A stretch of 63,760 bases of DNA, the filler included, from Octopus bimaculoides (lineage: Eukaryota), in the NCBI RefSeq assembly GCF_001194135.2. It is 4 parts of 4 records of this genome, joined end to end, with 100 filler letters (N's around TTAATTAATTAA, not from the genome) between each part and the next. Parts side by side here need not be neighbours in the genome. Positions count along the whole stretch, not along the records: positions 1 to 28,873 come from NC_068982.1; 3 more parts are not named here. The stretch is one strand, 5' to 3'. Shown here piece by piece: positions 10,368 through 21,949 of the stretch. How positions within the stretch are numbered: position 1 is the stretch's first letter; each line of letters opens with the position of its first letter. Both the position numbers and the translations under genes were made by a program. The notes beneath the pieces are model-generated. The model saw nothing but the letters and a program-made list of their open reading frames with translations. It ran no database searches and was not told the DNA's origin.

Positions 10368-10750
10368 TATGTATGTATGTGTGTATGTATATGTATGTAT
10401 GTATTTCATGTATGCATGTATGCATGTATGTATTTGTGTGCATGTGTGTGGGTATGTGTGTGTGTTTGTGTGAGTGTTTGTGTATGTGCATGTGTGTGTG
10501 TGTGTGTGTGCGTGTGTATGTGATGTCTATATGTGTCTTTGTATCACCACCACCGCTTGACAACCAGTGTTGGTGTGTTTATGTTCCTGTAACTTAGCGG
10601 TTTGGCAAAAGACACAGACAGAATATCACAGCTTAAAAAAAAAAAGCAAGGAAAATTACTGGGGGTTGATTCATTCAACTAAACATTCTAACATTCTTCA
10701 AGGTGGTGCACCAGCATGGCCACAGTCTAATGATTGATACAAAATAAAAG
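10010..10750 (+). mobile_element. Full SINE C+B with expanded internal microsatellite and gap
   Basis: C head 10010-10180, about 350 bp of simple repeat and N, B body 10530-10750. Confidence 0.75.
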
Positions 10751-11362
10751 GTAATCCATCTGATGATTGTTAAAAGCAAACTTTTGACTCTTGACATGAA
10801 ACTTTTAGTAATAATGCATTAACTACAACTACTATAACACAATCGATATAAATGTGTACATGTCTGTGAATTTGTGTGTGTGTGTGTGTGTGTATGTGTG
10901 TGTGTGTGTGCACTTAATGGAGATGAATATAATTTATATGTCTGTAAGTAAGTGGGTCTGTTGATGAAGATCAGTCTGTTTATAGAGACAAATGTTATAT
11001 ATTGACAAGAGCTTCATGTATTTAATACTCAGGATGCAAACCTTGTTAGGATTTCTCATAAACAAGAATCCACCGATTCCCCATTACCATTGGTAACAAC
11101 ATTACATGATACTTTGGCATACTTTTTGGTGTCTGCTGCCAACAATTCAATACTATCTTTACCGATCTGACAGCATTTGACCAACAAAGTTTATATGTAT
11201 TTACATATGTATGTGTATATGTTTGTATGTCTGTGTTTAAGTATACGTGTGTTTGTATGTGAATATTTCTATGCACATATATATTTACATGCACACACAC
11301 ACACACATATATAAATGCATGTATATCTGTACATATATATACATACACATATAAACATATAT

Positions 11363-11400
<38 letters not shown>

Positions 11401-11754
11401 ACACATATACACACACATACAGATATAAATATATGAGAGAGGTACAGATAGATGTGTATGTGCATATCATTGTTATCGTCATCATCAGTATTCATATGTT
11501 TCCATGCTGGAATCGGTTCGACAAATTTATAGCATCTGCTGAGTCTAAAAATATCAAATTTAGTCTCATAATACATTTGGAGAAATCTAAATGATCAAAG
11601 GTAGTTGTCTGAATAGTAATTGACTCACAACTGGTTGGATTAATAGAGTAGTGGGTTGTAGGTTGGACAGTCAGTATTTTATATTCTGTCTCCAGTGCTC
11701 TACTATTTCCATGTTCAAAGTCCTTAATTTCTGGATAATTAATCTGCCCAAGGT

Positions 11755-11925
11755 GTAAAATGGGGGGAGAATTTACAAAACAACAAAAGACAAAGACAGG
11801 TGTGTAAACAACAAACAGATGTATTAGTTTAACGCTCGGGAAGTGAGAAAGTCTTTTACGTTTCGAGCCTATGCTCTTCAACGGAAAGGAACACAGAAAT
11901 AAACAGGGAGAGAAAATAGAAACTA
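11755..11925 (-). mobile_element. Short repeat with hammerhead-like core (HHR family 3)
   Basis: Minus 11853-11888 reads CTTT-CCGTTGA-A-GAGC(atag)GCTC-GAAA-CGT-A-AAAG. The same about 170-bp repeat recurs at 57260-57430 (+). Confidence 0.6.
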
Positions 11926-11929
11926 TTGA

Positions 11930-12135
11930 TATCAAATTTTGGCGCAGAGCCAGCAGTTTCAGAGGAGAGGTTAAATCAATTATATCGACCCCAGCGTTCA
12001 ACTGGTACTTATTTTATCGACCCTGAAAGAATGAAAGGCCAAGTCAACTTCAGTGGAATTTGAACTCAGAATCTAAAGACAGATGGAATGCTGCTAAGCA
12101 TCTTGCCTAGCATGCTAAAGATTCTGCTAACTCAT
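11930..12135 (-). mobile_element. SINE family A
   Basis: Reverse complement of ctggcag...ttagca...aaatgcttagcagc...gattctgagttcaaattcc...ggggtcgata. Confidence 0.75.
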
Positions 12136-12284
12136 TGTCTTGAAGGTGTAAAATATTGATTTTAAATTTTGGCATAAGGCCAGGAATTTCAGGGGAGTGG
12201 TTAAATCGAGTACATTGACCCTCAGAATTCAACTGGTGCTCATTTCATCAGCTCCAAAAGGGCTGTCAAGACAAAGTTAACCTT

Positions 12285-12437
12285 ACATTATTTACATTAT
12301 TTACATTTGATGGATATTTGTCCTCATCTTGTTTGTTGTTAACACAACATTTCGGCTGATATATCCTCCAGCCTTTATCGGGTGTCTTGCGGAAATTTCG
12401 AACCTGGGTTCTCATTCCTAAGGTATTTTCGATGTTG

Positions 12438-12501
<64 letters not shown>

Positions 12502-12658
12502 CATTATTGTTCAGGTCACTGTCTGGAATTGAACTTGGAATCTTAACCACTATGCCATATACCTGTAGTGCTTAAGAGCGCAGGCTACTAACCCCAAGAT
12601 TCCAAGTTCGATTCCAAGCAGTGACCTGAATAATAATAACAACAACAACAACAACAAC

Positions 12659-12719
<61 letters not shown>

Positions 12720-13145
12720 TCGAAGGTAGCAAGCTGCCAGAAACGTTAGCAAATCGGGCGAAATGTTTAGCAGTATTTTGTCTGTCTTTATGTTCTGAGT
12801 CCAAATTCTACCAAGGTCGATTTTACCTTTCAACCTTTTGGGGTTGATAAATTAAGTACCAGTTGCACACTGGGGTCAATGTAATCGGTTTAATCCCTTT
12901 GACTGTCCTTGTTTGTCCCCTCTATGTTTAGCCCCCTGTGGACAATAAAGAAATAAATAATAACAACACCAAAAAATACCTTAGGAATTAGAACCCAGGT
13001 TCGAAATTTCCGACTAAGGCTGGAGGGTATATCAGCTGAAAAGTTGTGTTAACAACAAACAAGATGAGGACAAATATCCATCAAATGTAAATAATGGTAA
13101 ATAATGTACATAATTCCTCATCTCTTAAATATGGAACTGGTATAT
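12285..13145. mobile_element. Fold-back element 2: head-to-head dimer of tRNA-head/(TAA)n/pLTR units
   Basis: Minus unit: arm 12285-12430, (att)n, head 12514-12563. Plus unit: head 12564-12626, (aat)n, arm to about 13140. The 9-bp TSD gttaacctt at 12276-12284 and 13146-13154 splits a SINE A copy. Confidence 0.85.
12722..12960 (+). mobile_element. SINE family A1 nested in fold-back element 2
   Basis: gaaggtagcaagctgccagaaacgttagc...aataaagaaataa interrupts the (aat)n-to-arm junction. Confidence 0.8.
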
Positions 13146-14804
13146 GTTAACCTTGGCAGAATTTTAAATCAGACTAAAGAGATGGACAAAATGCTGTTAA
13201 GCTTTTTTGTCCGGCATTCTAATGATTCCACCAGCTCACTACCTTCTCATAGTGGAAAATTTTAACCATGTATAAGTACACTTCACTGCATTAGCCAGTG
13301 GGAGCACTGTGAAATGACCTTCTATAGTCTCAAGTGCAAAGTTCACATTCGAAAATAAGTAACAGGAAACCATATTCATGTATGTTCTAGAAATCCTGAA
13401 ATAAGTCGGACCACCAAGAGCTCAATTTCCCTGGCACTTTCAGCAGTATGAAGAGGTTAATAGTAAATTATGAGACGCAATATTGATCTTGAAAACAGCA
13501 AAGAATCATAAAATCAATAGTTTTATAAAAATAGTAAAAGTAGCCAAACTAGAAAAAGCTGGAGTGAGTAAACCTACAGTATCAGCTATGAGAAAGAGGC
13601 CTTGTCTCAACTCCAGAGGCACCATTTATCTTTTCTGATTATTTCAATGCAATGTTTTTGTGATAATGTTAGGTTTTTTGTTAATTGTTAATTATCATTT
13701 CACTACTTTATTCTACTATCTGAAACATTAGAATTTTCCTCTTGTTCATCAGAAGCCAATTTGTTTTGCTATTGAATCGTTTATATCAACTGTATTGTCT
13801 GTGAGCACATTAAGAGGCTGTAACAGACATTTCAGAACAGAGTAAAAGATACAACAGGAGGTTTGTAGGAAATTTGAGTTTTAAAATAGATGAAAAATAA
13901 TATCATAACTGGCCACAAACTATTTTTTGAGTCTTTTCCTTGTTCCACAATCAATAAAATATGAAACAATCAAGTAGTGGGGTTAATTTAATCAATGATG
14001 CCACACCAATAGCACTGATGTTAGGCATCAATTAGCATTATTAGAATTCACCATTATATTTATCTCAATGGATTAATGTGATGAGATTCCGTGACAACAA
14101 GTTTTCTTAACTCTCAACAACTTTATGAAGGATTCAGACAAGATGATTTTTCTGTATCTTTGCTATTCAGGTCATAATTCCAGTGTCTCACATTCTTTTG
14201 AACAGCTATGATGGTATTAATTCCAGTTCTCCTGCAAAAACAAGAATAATTTCACTTGCATGTCTCAAAGCTCATTCAATTTCTTGATTAAAGTTTAGTT
14301 AATTTAACCAATCAATATTTTTTTAAAGTGTTATTTTCTTTCATAAGGAATAACAAAATCTATGATCTTCAATATTTTGCTTCTTTTTTTTTTCTTCTCT
14401 TCTGCTTACTTTTGGTCTTCCTTCCCTTGTTGCATGGCTACTTTGTACAAAGAAATCTCACATCTTACAAAAGTCCTTTTCCAAAGCAGTTTCTAGCTGG
14501 CCGTGACACTATTTCTTAATCCTCTAGCATTCAGATTACTCTTTCGGATGTAATGCTTATTTATTCATATTGCTTTGAATTAATCATGGATTACCTTGTA
14601 GCTTTGAGATTTTGATAATGTGCTTGAGGAGAAAAGCCAGGTAGAGTACATGGGCCAGATTTAGCTGATTTAAATGCTAAAGAGTTAAATTCAAATTTCC
14701 TATTAACTTTCTGTGATATTTTCTTCTCTATATTGATTTATCAGTTACACATTATATACATTATTTACATTTGATGGATGTTTGTCCTCATCTTGTTTGT
14801 TTTT

Positions 14805-14850
14805 AACACAACGTTCCGGCTGATATACCCTCCAGCCTTCATCAGGTGTC
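14805..14850 (-). ncRNA. Minimal hammerhead motif (GAAA>GGAA change)
   Basis: Reverse complement of aacacaacgttccggctgatataccctccagccttcatcaggtgtc. Confidence 0.65.
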
Positions 14851-14917
14851 TTGGGGAAATTTCAAACCTGGGTTCTCATTCCTAAGGTATTTTTGGATGT
14901 TACTATTATTATTATTA

Positions 14918-15343
14918 TCATTGCCTTTGCACAGCTTCTAACACTGGAGACGTACTACAGTATCAGCTGTTCACTACCAGTGAACTACAGTAACACCCCT
15001 TATTTTTCGAGCACCATCCGGAGTATTCGAGTAGTTCCAAGCAGTGTTGTTTTCTGCAAGTGCTCCACCCTTATTGCAGACCCTATTTGTTCCATGTACT
15101 TCTCAAGATTTTTGCTCACTGTTCCCAGGGCTCAGACAATTATTGGAACTACTGCTACCTTTTTCATCGACCACAACTGCTTAACTTCCCAAGCTAACCT
15201 ATCATACATCTCGACTTTTCTTTCTTCCTTATCGCATACCTTGTTGTCAGCTGGGCTTGCTATATCTATGATCCAGCATAGTTTGTTTTCTTTCTCAATT
15301 AAGACTATGTCCGACTTCCTATTCTCTATCTCATGGTTGCACC
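14918..15343 (-). mobile_element. 5'-truncated R4/Dong-type LINE: restriction-like endonuclease domain, 3' UTR and (TAA)n tail
   Basis: Minus-strand frame NHEIENRKSDIVLIEKENKLCWIIDIASPADNKVCDKEERKVEMYDRLAWEVKQLWSMKKVAVVPIIV*ALGTVSKNLEKYMEQIG...LQKTTLLGTTRILRMVLEK* (RPD..D..E..K-type REL motif); stop at 15000-15002; flanked by (ATT)n on both sides. Confidence 0.85.
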
Positions 15344-15353
15344 ATTATTATTA

Positions 15354-15412
<59 letters not shown>

Positions 15413-15416
<4 letters not shown>

Positions 15417-15556
15417 AAGGGCATCCAGCTGTAGAAACTCTGCCAAATTAGACTGGAGCCTGGTGTTGCCATCCGGTTTCACCAGTCCTCAGTCAAATCG
15501 TCCAACCCATGCTAGCATGGAAAGCGGACGTTAAACGATGATGATGATGATGATGA
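15413..15556 (+). mobile_element. 5'-truncated SINE family D nested in fold-back element 3
   Basis: caggaagggcatccagctgtagaaac...ggacgttaaac-(gat)n; attcagg is repeated at both ends. Confidence 0.8.
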
Positions 15557-15639
15557 TTCAGGTCACTGCTTGGAATTAAACTCGGAATCTTGGGGTTAGT
15601 AGACTGCACTCTAAACCACTATATCCATGGGCATATGGT

Positions 15640-15679
<40 letters not shown>

Positions 15680-15735
15680 CATCAAAATATACCTTAGGAA
15701 TGAGAACCCAGGTTCAAAATTCAAAATTTCCCCAA

Positions 15736-15781
15736 GACACCTGATGAAGGCTGTAGAGTATATCAGTCGAAACGTTGTCTT
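15736..15781 (+). ncRNA. Minimal hammerhead motif (core intact)
   Basis: gacac-CTGATGA-a-ggctg(tagagtatat)cagtc-GAAA-cgt-t-gtctt. Confidence 0.7.
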
Positions 15782-16424
15782 AACAACAAACAAGATGAGG
15801 ACAAATATCCATCAAACGTAAATAATGTAAATAACATACATAATTCCTCATCTCTTAAATATAGAACTACGCATTATATGGTTGACAGAAACAATTCAAA
15901 AGTGGATTAATGTCATACAAGAAGGCCTAATTTTCAAAAAGTACTTTTCAGTGATCGATAAAACATCAACTTCCAGTGAAGAGTGTTACCTGAAAAGCTT
16001 GAATTTTCCTCTTCTTCTTAGCAAACAAGATTAATTCACTTTTGAACTGACCATCACAAATTTCCTTGGTTCGAATGGTTTATGTTCTATGATTGATAGC
16101 TTCATCTAATTTGGCACACATTAGATGCTTCAGTCAATTTTTCTTTCGCTTCAAGATATATACTAATTATTTGTTGTTGCACAAACATAACCAGAATTTG
16201 TTTCTTTCCTTATTCCAATAATTTTTCTGCAAAGCTTGTTATATTTTCTTGCAGTATCTTCTCTAAGATTTTTAAGAACTGCCAACATAATCTTCTGTCT
16301 GGTTTTGTAATCTTACCTGTTTTATTTTATTTTTTTAATCCTTTTGTGCTTCTATACATTCATCATTGATTATCCTGGCTGTCCATATAAGATCATCTTC
16401 ATTTTTAATAACATACATTACTTG

Positions 16425-16615
16425 TACATTATTTACATTATTTACATTTGACGGATATTTGTCCTCATTTTGTTTGTTGTTAACACAACGTTTCGTCTGA
16501 TATACTCTCCAGCCTTCATCAGGTGTCTTGGGGAATTTTCAAACCTGGGTTCTCATTCCTAAGGTATTTTTCAATGTTATTATTATTATTCAGGTCACTC
16601 ATAATAATAATAATA

Positions 16616-16680
<65 letters not shown>

Positions 16681-16902
16681 GATGAAGAAGAAGACGATGA
16701 CGACGACGATGACGACGACATCAAAAAATACCTTAAGAATGAGAACCTAGGTTCGAAATTTCCCCAAGACACTTGATGAAGGCTGGACGGTATATCAGCC
16801 AAAACACTGTGTTAACAACAAACAAGATGCGGACAAATATCCATCAAATGTAAATAATGTAAATAATGTAGATAATTCCTCATCTCTTAAATATCGAACT
16901 GT
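16425..16902. mobile_element. Fold-back element 4 (arms around a trinucleotide-repeat spacer)
   Basis: Inverted arms 16425-16580 and about 16718-16902 around ttcaggtcact (a tRNA-head remnant) and (aat)/(gat)/(gac)n; 12-bp TSD atacattacttg (16413-16424) / atacatttcttg (16903-16914). Confidence 0.85.
16482..16527 (-). ncRNA. Minimal hammerhead motif (core intact, one stem II mismatch)
   Basis: Reverse complement of aacacaacgtttcgtctgatatactctccagccttcatcaggtgtc. Confidence 0.7.
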
Positions 16903-17454
16903 ATACATTTCTTGAACTATAATTACTAAACATACCTTGCTAAGTATGTACTGAATGTCTCTTTAACACTTTATGTTTTCTTCCTGGTCATCTAATGGGT
17001 CTTGTTAACAGCTTTCTTTTACTCTGTTCATTTCATCAAATTCCTTTTTCCAGCCACAGCAAAAGAGGTTTCATAATATTTCTCTATAGATTCCTTTAGT
17101 GATGATCCTTCAATTTATTTTCCTTTCTCAGTCTTCCCACCCTTCTTCCAATACTCTTCTGCCATTTTACCTTCCATTTCCTTTATCCTTCCCTCAACTG
17201 AATATTTTTATTTTGCAACTTTTAACAATAATCTTATTCTCTTATTATGGATCCAGAGCTATTCCTTTTTCCTATTTTTATTACAAATATATCACATTCC
17301 TCAACATTGAACTGCATCCCAATATTTCAGCTAAATTTTATAAGGGCTGCCATGTAAAGAACACCCATGTTTCATTAAAGTTCTGCATTCAATCATGGCA
17401 TTGTGAAGGACTCCTTCTCGCAAAGATTTGACATGAAGAATATAGGTGTACACA

Positions 17455-17611
17455 TGGCTGTGTGGTAAGAGGTTTGCTTCCCAACCACATGGTTCCAGGA
17501 TCGGTCTCACTACATGGCACCTTGGGTTAGTGTCTTCTGCCATAGCCATGGGCTGGTTGAAGCCATGTGAGTGGATTTGGTAGACAAAAACTGAAAAAAA
17601 CAACCATTGTA

Positions 17612-17647
<36 letters not shown>

Positions 17648-17653
17648 TGTGTT

Positions 17654-17722
<69 letters not shown>

Positions 17723-18000
17723 ACGTATATGTGTGTGTTGTGTGTGTGTGCGTGCGTGCATTACTGTTTCCATGCCTTGACACTGTGTGATAGCCATGAG
17801 TATCACCATCATGCAAGCAGTGTCCTTCATTTTCAATCTTCAGTGAAAACATGTCTGGTCCTGGGTAAATACAACCTTATTTGGAAGCAGATGAAGGTTG
17901 GGGACTGGAAAGACATCCAGCCATAAAAAAAAAACCACTTCAACAAATTATGTTCGACCCATGTAAGCATGGTGGCGGCAGTGGTGGTAGTGGTGGTGGC
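17455..18000 (+). mobile_element. SINE C head, (GT)n and a body ending in a family D-like 3' end
   Basis: ggctgtgtggtaagagg...; 3' part ...catccagccataaaa...acccatgtaagcatgg. Confidence 0.65.
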
Positions 18001-18599
18001 GGTGATGGCGGCGGCGATGGTGGCAGTGGTAGTAGTGGTGGTGGTGGTGATGCTGATTCATTAGCTCTCATCTAATTCTGTAGTTTTTCAAATTTTGTAT
18101 TTTCTTGAATTTCCCTATTATTTTTTTTTTTTCATTTTTTTTTCATTTTTTTATTTTCAATATATGCGATGTTGCTTTGCTTTGTGTTTTTTTAAATTCC
18201 ATCTGCCACTGCTGTATCCAGTCTGCATCTCTTTTATGTTCTAGTTTGTTACACCAAACGTGTGAATAGTATTGTTTTGATTCACTTACATCTGGCAATT
18301 CATTTTCGTGCTGTTTTTCAGTATGCTTACGCTGTTAATAGAATTTTCTTTTCGTATTTATAAACATTCTTCTTTTCTTGTATGAATTCATCGACTCTCC
18401 ATAAATATAATCATTCTTCTCTGACCTCACCTTCATTTCTTGTTTTACCTTGTCTCTATCATGGGCTATTTTTTGTTTCATTTTGGCTAACATACAGGTG
18501 TTTCACTCTGTTTTACTGCAATTTTTTGCATCAGTCCCTCAGCTACATTCGAACCTTCAACTGAACCGACTATATTTCCATGCAAAACATTTATGGCCA

Positions 18600-20372
18600 T
18601 ATTCCATACTTTGAATAGTTCCATCCACTCTCTGCCGAATATATTAAGTAGACTTTTTAACACACATATTTTTGCTTTTTCATTCGATCTTGAAATATTA
18701 CATTACACCAAAAATATTATAATCTTTTTCCTGTAACACCATGTGCTACATTTTTAGATTTAATTAATTTCGGCTTACCAACATATTTCCAACATTTTCG
18801 TTTATAATGGTGATATCACTTCCAGTGTCTAATTTCATTTTAACACTTACATTTCTGATTTTCACCTTCACCAATTTCCTCATCGTTATATTACCAATTT
18901 CTTCTGATGACATACAATTTATTCTTTTTCCTTCGTTCTGATACTTTGTCACCCTCACACTGCTGTGCAGTTTTATATGTCCTATATTTCCCCAACAAAA
19001 GCACTCTGCTTTTTTAAATGGACAATTTTACCACAAGTGTATACCTCCACATGCAAAACATGGGTTGCTGAATATCTCTCGTTGTGAGATTTAATTTAAA
19101 AAATGGTAATTTTCTAATTTATAGATCAGTGACTAGTCGTCACTTTGAAAACTATATATTTCGAACATGAATTTGGCAGTACCACCTCTAGCCGAACAAT
19201 TATTCTGTGCTGATGAAGGGGAATAACCCAGAAATTGCAATACACAAATATTATTTTGAGCTGATTGGGGGTGCTAGATTCCCTTGTTCAAAAATAGATG
19301 GACACAGATCATGTTGTATAACCAGCTGGAGACGATGTCTCCTGGGGCTAAATTTCAGCAAGACTCGTCCTAAACCAGGACTGCCATGTTATGTTGGCAA
19401 ACAATCTTTACTCCATAATTTTCTGATTTTTGTCATGTTTTTTAGAAAGCACTTTATCTCTATTCTGACTATTTTGCCCTCACTTTACTTGGAAACAATC
19501 TTTACAATTCATATTCTTCTGACACTTGTTGTAGGGTTACATCCAGATTTCATTCCAGCTTTGCAAGAATTCTAGTTTTAACTTCTGTGTCTTTTGCAGC
19601 AGTAAACCCCAGGCATTTGAACATATCTGGTATTAATTCATCCATCTTAAACTTCTCACATTCCCTGATTACTCTACCAGCATTTGTGATGTGGTCCTCA
19701 TCATTGTTTTTCTTTATGTTCAGACACTTCCAACGTGTCATTAAAGTTTATGTCCAAAGGTTTTCTTGGAAGTACATAATTACTGTATTGCTTATGTTTC
19801 TTTGCTGCCAGTTTTCTCAAGGTTAAGCACATTTTCATCCTGTCATCCCAACCTTTGCATTGTTTCTCGGAGATTTGCTCACATCTCCTGTAGTACGTTT
19901 CGAAGGGAATTCCTTCGTCAGGTTTGTATTTGAATTCTGTTATGGAGTTCATGACAAAGTCTGGCAAGAACACTTTTTCTGACTTTCCTGATGACTTCAG
20001 TAATTGCAGCATTTGTTGATGCAATATTATTTGTTGTTGTAGCTTCTGTTGTTTCTCTTGCAGTTATATCTGCTGCTGTTGTTGTTGATGGTGTTGCTGT
20101 TGCTGTTTTTGCAACTCGAGCAAAACCAACCAACAAATTTTCCACAATTTTACGACATTTTTTCATAGATTTTGCACAACAATACTTTACGAGTTTTTTA
20201 CCTCATCTTCATGGATTGGTTTATTCTCATGGATTGGTTTATCCTCATGGATTGGTTTATCCTCATAGATTGGTTTGTCCTCGTTGAGTTTATTAATTCC
20301 TCATGAGTTGTTTAAATCCCCGTCAAGTTTACTAATTCCTTGTGTGTTGTTTAAAACCTCATCGCCACTGTT
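18600..20372 (-). mobile_element. Decayed Ty3/Gypsy LTR retrotransposon (PBS, gag, zinc-knuckle region, aspartic protease)
   Basis: PBS-like TGGCGATGAGG at 20357-20367. Gag-like FKYKPDEGIPFETYYRRCEQISEKQCKGWDDRMKMCLTLRKL and RWKCLNIKK...ECEKFKMDELIPDMFKCL. Protease KMKLDTGSDITII. Frameshifts and stops throughout. Confidence 0.8.
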
Positions 20373-21949
20373 ATACCCTTAAAAATGTTGGATTGATATA
20401 ACTCCCACTTTGGTATACAGTATACTTAGCAAAACCAGTAAAGACACAACTATCTCTGACCACCTACTATGTACTTTGGTACTTCACGTACTTCTCTTTA
20501 CTTATAGTGACTAGGTTATTCCATTTGTCACGTGGGAAGGGTTGTACCATTATTACTAATTCCATACAACAATATATATATATATTATGGGCTTCTTTCA
20601 GTTTCTGTCTGCCACATTTACTCACAAGGCTTTGGTCAGCCCAAGGAGACTTCCATAGAGATGGGTCGGGTTCTAGTAATTTGTGCCCAATTGAGGTGTT
20701 GGAATTCCTCAAATGTATGTTTAATTTAATTTATGGGCATGTTGTTCTGAGTTATCAATAAAACTTTCTGAAATTTTCCACATAAAAATTCTTCTTTGCT
20801 TCCTTACTTTGATTCAACTAATATTATTGCTAGTGTTTTTACTCTCTTAATTTTCTCACCTCCCACTGAAATTATTTCTTGTATTACCAACCAATCACTT
20901 GTTTCTCAAATAATGTAATTAATTTAATCCTTAACTATTATATCTAATTTGTTTTCAATTCAATGGTCCATGACCCAATATTAAGTCAACTTGGTTACAG
21001 AGGTGTGCACCATTATCTCTAGTGTTCCAATTCTCATCCCCCACCTCATATTTTTCCTTCATTTTATTTTAGCCACTTTCAAATCACATCTCTATATTCA
21101 TTTTTTCTTTTTATGCTATTTACCTAAACTTCTGAGATTGTAGGAATAAACTTCCTCCTCTTTGAAATTCCTGGCTTATCTCTTAGATTCCTCTCTTTCC
21201 ATCATTTTACTTTAAAAGTGAATGTCGACTATGGCTATGGTATCCATTACATCTGATACACTTGCTCTCCTAGTAGGACATTTTCAAATTTGAAAGCTAG
21301 ATTTTCAGACCACAGCCAGAAGCATTACTGCCTGCTAAAATGTTAGAGCTGCCCGTTGGATGTGGTCAGCCTTCATGAGGGATGTGGTGAACTTGTTGGT
21401 CAGCCTGGGTGAATACCACTACAAGTACAAGTAACTAGTATACAATAAACTTGACCACCTCTTAACTCACCAGGGATAGTGACACTAGTGGACACTAGTG
21501 ACACTAAATCAAGGGAAGTAATCTGATAGGTCCCTTATCTTCATTATCCATCTACTGAAATATCACTTGGGTGTATGAACGCTTGTTGTTCAATTTATAA
21601 CTTTGATATTCTGGACCTTAACATCTCACATTATATTTGTTGGAAATTCTCAAAATATACTCTAGTAATGTAATTATAAGTGGCCTAATGAGAAGGCTGG
21701 TGGGACTTTCGTTAATTAATTAGTTATTGCATGAATTTATGTAATTTTTATATGTCCAAACTAATGTATAAATTGATGAAATGGTTCCACTAGATATTAA
21801 AACGATTGTGACTTTTAATAAAGCTATGTAATACACACATACACACACACACACAGCATAGCATCTTGAATGAGTATCTTGAACAGAAGGCTTGGGGTGA
21901 CGCCAATACTTTAAGAGTATAATTTGATAGTTGAAAGCTGCCTGGCAGT

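Larger units (their letters stand above)
14758..15867. mobile_element. Fold-back element 3 with two nested insertions
   Basis: Inverted arms 14758-14900 and about 15680-15867; tRNA-like head on minus at 15561-15628; 12-bp TSD tacacattatat (14746-14757) / tacgcattatat (15868-15879). Confidence 0.85.

Noticed and set aside
13243-13395. 153-nt minus-strand open segment with a good acceptor
   Set aside because: Its apparent donor (gtagtg) is the start of a SINE A copy, and no other convincing donor or protein match was seen.
14851-15534. 227-aa plus-strand ORF
   Set aside because: Spans a pLTR arm, the antisense of a LINE fragment, (ATT)n and a SINE; the real coding signal is on the minus strand.
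16950-21460. Purine-rich minus-strand stretches (16950-17400, 20700-21460) suggesting LINE debris, with a CIRCNGYH knuckle-like peptide
   Set aside because: Too decayed to assign by eye.
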